Below, piece by piece: positions 62,345 through 64,000 of a DNA stretch of 64,000 nucleotides. The position numbers were made by a program, and so were the translations under genes. Position 1 is the first letter of the stretch. Each line of letters starts with the position of its first letter. The DNA is from Fidelibacterota bacterium (GTDB lineage: Bacteria > Fidelibacterota > Marinisomatia > Marinisomatales > UBA1611). The stretch is from the NCBI GenBank assembly GCA_018671775.1, contig JABHGY010000023.1, positions 1,249 to 65,248 on the forward strand, written 5' to 3'. The notes beneath the pieces are model-generated. The model saw nothing but the letters and a program-made list of their open reading frames with translations. It ran no database searches and had not been told where the DNA came from.

Positions 62345-62908
62345 ATGAATCCAAGTCACCAACAAATCAAAAAAATTAATTACTTCAGCGAGCTGACTGA
62401 AGAAATGTGTAATAAAATCGCAGAACGCGTTATGTTAAAAGAATGTAAACCTAAGGAATGCCTATTTAAAGAAGGTGAAACAGGTGATTCAATGTTATTG
62501 ATTTTTCAAGGCCAGGTAGAGGTTTCAAAAAATATTATGGTCAAAACGGCTAATGGTTTTACCATGTCACGTAAATCTATCATTAGACTTGAAACGACGG
62601 ATCCACCGCCATCAACTGACCCTGTAACAGAATCAACCGTTTTTGTGTCTAAGGTTCCAGCTTTTGGTATTGGAGAATTTTCTTTGGTACTTGATAATGC
62701 TATAAGGACAGCTCATGTCCATGCAACAACGCCCCTGAAGTATGGCGTTTTAAACTTGAAAGATTTTACGAAAATTGTAGATGAGAATCCATCCATTGGA
62801 GGCTCAGTTTATTTCGAAGTGGCAAAGTCTGCTGTAGAAAACTTAGCAACAGCAAGTCAGGATATTTCTAATTTAACCCAGGCTTTCTTTTTTGTTCTGA
62901 CGCATTAA
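62345..62908 (+). CDS. Stand-alone cyclic-nucleotide-binding domain protein
   Basis: LFKEGETGDSMLLIFQGQVEV, and a phosphate-binding cassette-like FGIGEFSLVLDNAIRTAHVHA (G-E...R-T-A). A Pro/Thr-rich insertion (TTDPPPSTDPVTEST) sits in the beta-roll. It starts 3 nt after the channel gene. Confidence 0.7.
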   Translation: MNPSHQQIKKINYFSELTEEMCNKIAERVMLKECKPKECLFKEGETGDSMLLIFQGQVEVSKNIMVKTANGFTMSRKSIIRLETTDPPPSTDPVTESTVFVSKVPAFGIGEFSLVLDNAIRTAHVHATTPLKYGVLNLKDFTKIVDENPSIGGSVYFEVAKSAVENLATASQDISNLTQAFFFVLTH

Positions 62909-62972
62909 TTATTGAGTAAATGATATAGAGTAATTAATATATACCAATCATGATTACCTATTATTAGTAAAG

Positions 62973-64000
62973 ATGAAGAAAAATTATATTATCCTTCTAT
63001 TCTATTTATTTGTTTCACAGATTGTGGGGCAAGAGCGCATTGCTGTTCTGCAATTTGATGGAAGCGGAGTTGATGCGATTACCGCAAAAAATATCTCCAA
63101 AAGATTTTCCTACTATCTTTCTACAACCAATCGATTTGATATTGTAGAACGGGAGATGATGGACAAAATTCTTGAAGAACAAAAATTTCAAAACTCCGGA
63201 TGTGTTGCAGATGAATGTGCCGTTGAGATTGGTGAATTAATTGGCGTGAGTCAGATTGTAGCCGGGAGTGTTGATAAGATTTTAGATTCGTATTCTTTAA
63301 ATATAAAGTTGGTTGACGTGGCGACTGGGAAGATTATTTATCAAGATATGGATGATTACGAGGGGCGGGTAACGGATTTCATAAAGGTGACCATAAAAAA
63401 TATGGCCATGCGTTTGGCGGCGGAAGCGAAGGTTGGTGAAGTGCAAGAAGGAGGTGATCTCACCCAATACGCATCAACAAAAAAAGGTAAAGTTATTTTT
63501 AACGTCGATCAGAATAATGTTGCAATTTTTATTGATGGGCAATACAACAGTCGAAGTTCAGGGAATCAGGTAGTCTTATCTATTGCTGAAGGTCTACATA
63601 CGATTAAATTTTCTCGCTCTAGTTTCAAGGATTGGGAGAAGAAATTCAATGTCATAGCAAATGAAGAAATGACCTATGATGTGAAGCTCATTCCGGGAAT
63701 TGCGGCAAAAGTGGAAGCGACCACTGGTATTCTGCTTGTACGATCTGAACCCGGCGATGCTTCCGTTTATGTGGATGGTATTGAAAAAGGAATGACCACT
63801 TTGCAAATTACAGATATTGGGATTGGGGATCATGAAATCAGGGTTGAAAAAAACCTGTATTATGCCTACACGGAAATTGTCACTATTCACCCAGATATGA
63901 TTGGTGAAGTCAAAGCGATACTCAAACCAAATTTTGGGAGTTTATCAATTAAGTCTAACCCCACAGCATCGGTTGTCATGATTAATGGGCAGGTGAAAGG
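62973..64000 (+). CDS. CsgG-like N-terminal domain followed by at least three PEGA domains (3' end beyond window)
   Basis: Hand translation is open from ATG 62973 to the window edge. Signal MKKNYIILLFYLFVSQIVGQ. NRFDIVEREMMDKILEEQKFQNSGCVADECAVEIGELIGVSQIVAGSV is the CsgG-like part. PEGA-type units include VAIFIDGQY...GLHTIKF, ASVYVDGIEKGMTTL...GDHEIRV and SLSIKSNPTASVVMINGQ. Confidence 0.7.
   Translation, partial: MKKNYIILLFYLFVSQIVGQERIAVLQFDGSGVDAITAKNISKRFSYYLSTTNRFDIVEREMMDKILEEQKFQNSGCVADECAVEIGELIGVSQIVAGSVDKILDSYSLNIKLVDVATGKIIYQDMDDYEGRVTDFIKVTIKNMAMRLAAEAKVGEVQEGGDLTQYASTKKGKVIFNVDQNNVAIFIDGQYNSRSSGNQVVLSIAEGLHTIKFSRSSFKDWEKKFNVIANEEMTYDVKLIPGIAAKVEATTGILLVRSEPGDASVYVDGIEKGMTTLQITDIGIGDHEIRVEKNLYYAYTEIVTIHPDMIGEVKAILKPNFGSLSIKSNPTASVVMINGQVK

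Overview
The window is an AT-rich, very gene-dense bacterial chromosome segment with about 65 protein-coding genes. Many neighbouring genes have stop/start overlaps, and the largest non-coding gaps are about 260 bp. I saw no rRNA, tRNA, CRISPR array, transposase, integrase or prophage genes. Strand blocks are: minus 1-2364, plus 2446-8881, minus 9024-11369, plus 11468-44634, minus 44656-52862, plus 52955-64000.

Most genes are recognisable housekeeping genes: dnaG, eno, ftsB, murI, folC, rho, rpmE type B, prfA, prmC, dnaE, dtd, ligA, carA, carB, an aminotransferase, an Xaa-Pro peptidase and an AlkA-like glycosylase. Among them are a surface-glycan locus (11.5-17.5 kb) and many envelope proteins, including LTD, PEGA, CsgG-like and PD40 domain proteins and several beta-barrels ending in an aromatic residue. 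The domain repertoire and low GC suggest an uncultivated FCB-superphylum-like (for example Marinimicrobia-like) bacterium. That assignment is a low-confidence inference.

Four items are most worth a second look:
1. An orphan Cas6-like (RAMP-fold) protein with a Lys-rich tail, wired between rho and an aminotransferase, with no CRISPR or other cas context (25903-26955).
2. A self-contained unit of two paralogous ~70-aa membrane proteins with strong Shine-Dalgarno sites, a structured leader and its own terminator, directly upstream of two outer-membrane barrel genes (17653-20917).
3. A beta-class DNA methyltransferase homologue whose catalytic and SAM-binding motifs are all degenerate (2446-3270).
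4. An archaeal DGGGPS-like UbiA prenyltransferase embedded in the prfA-prmC-dnaE string (31387-32235).

All family assignments come from reading motifs by eye. No database search was run.
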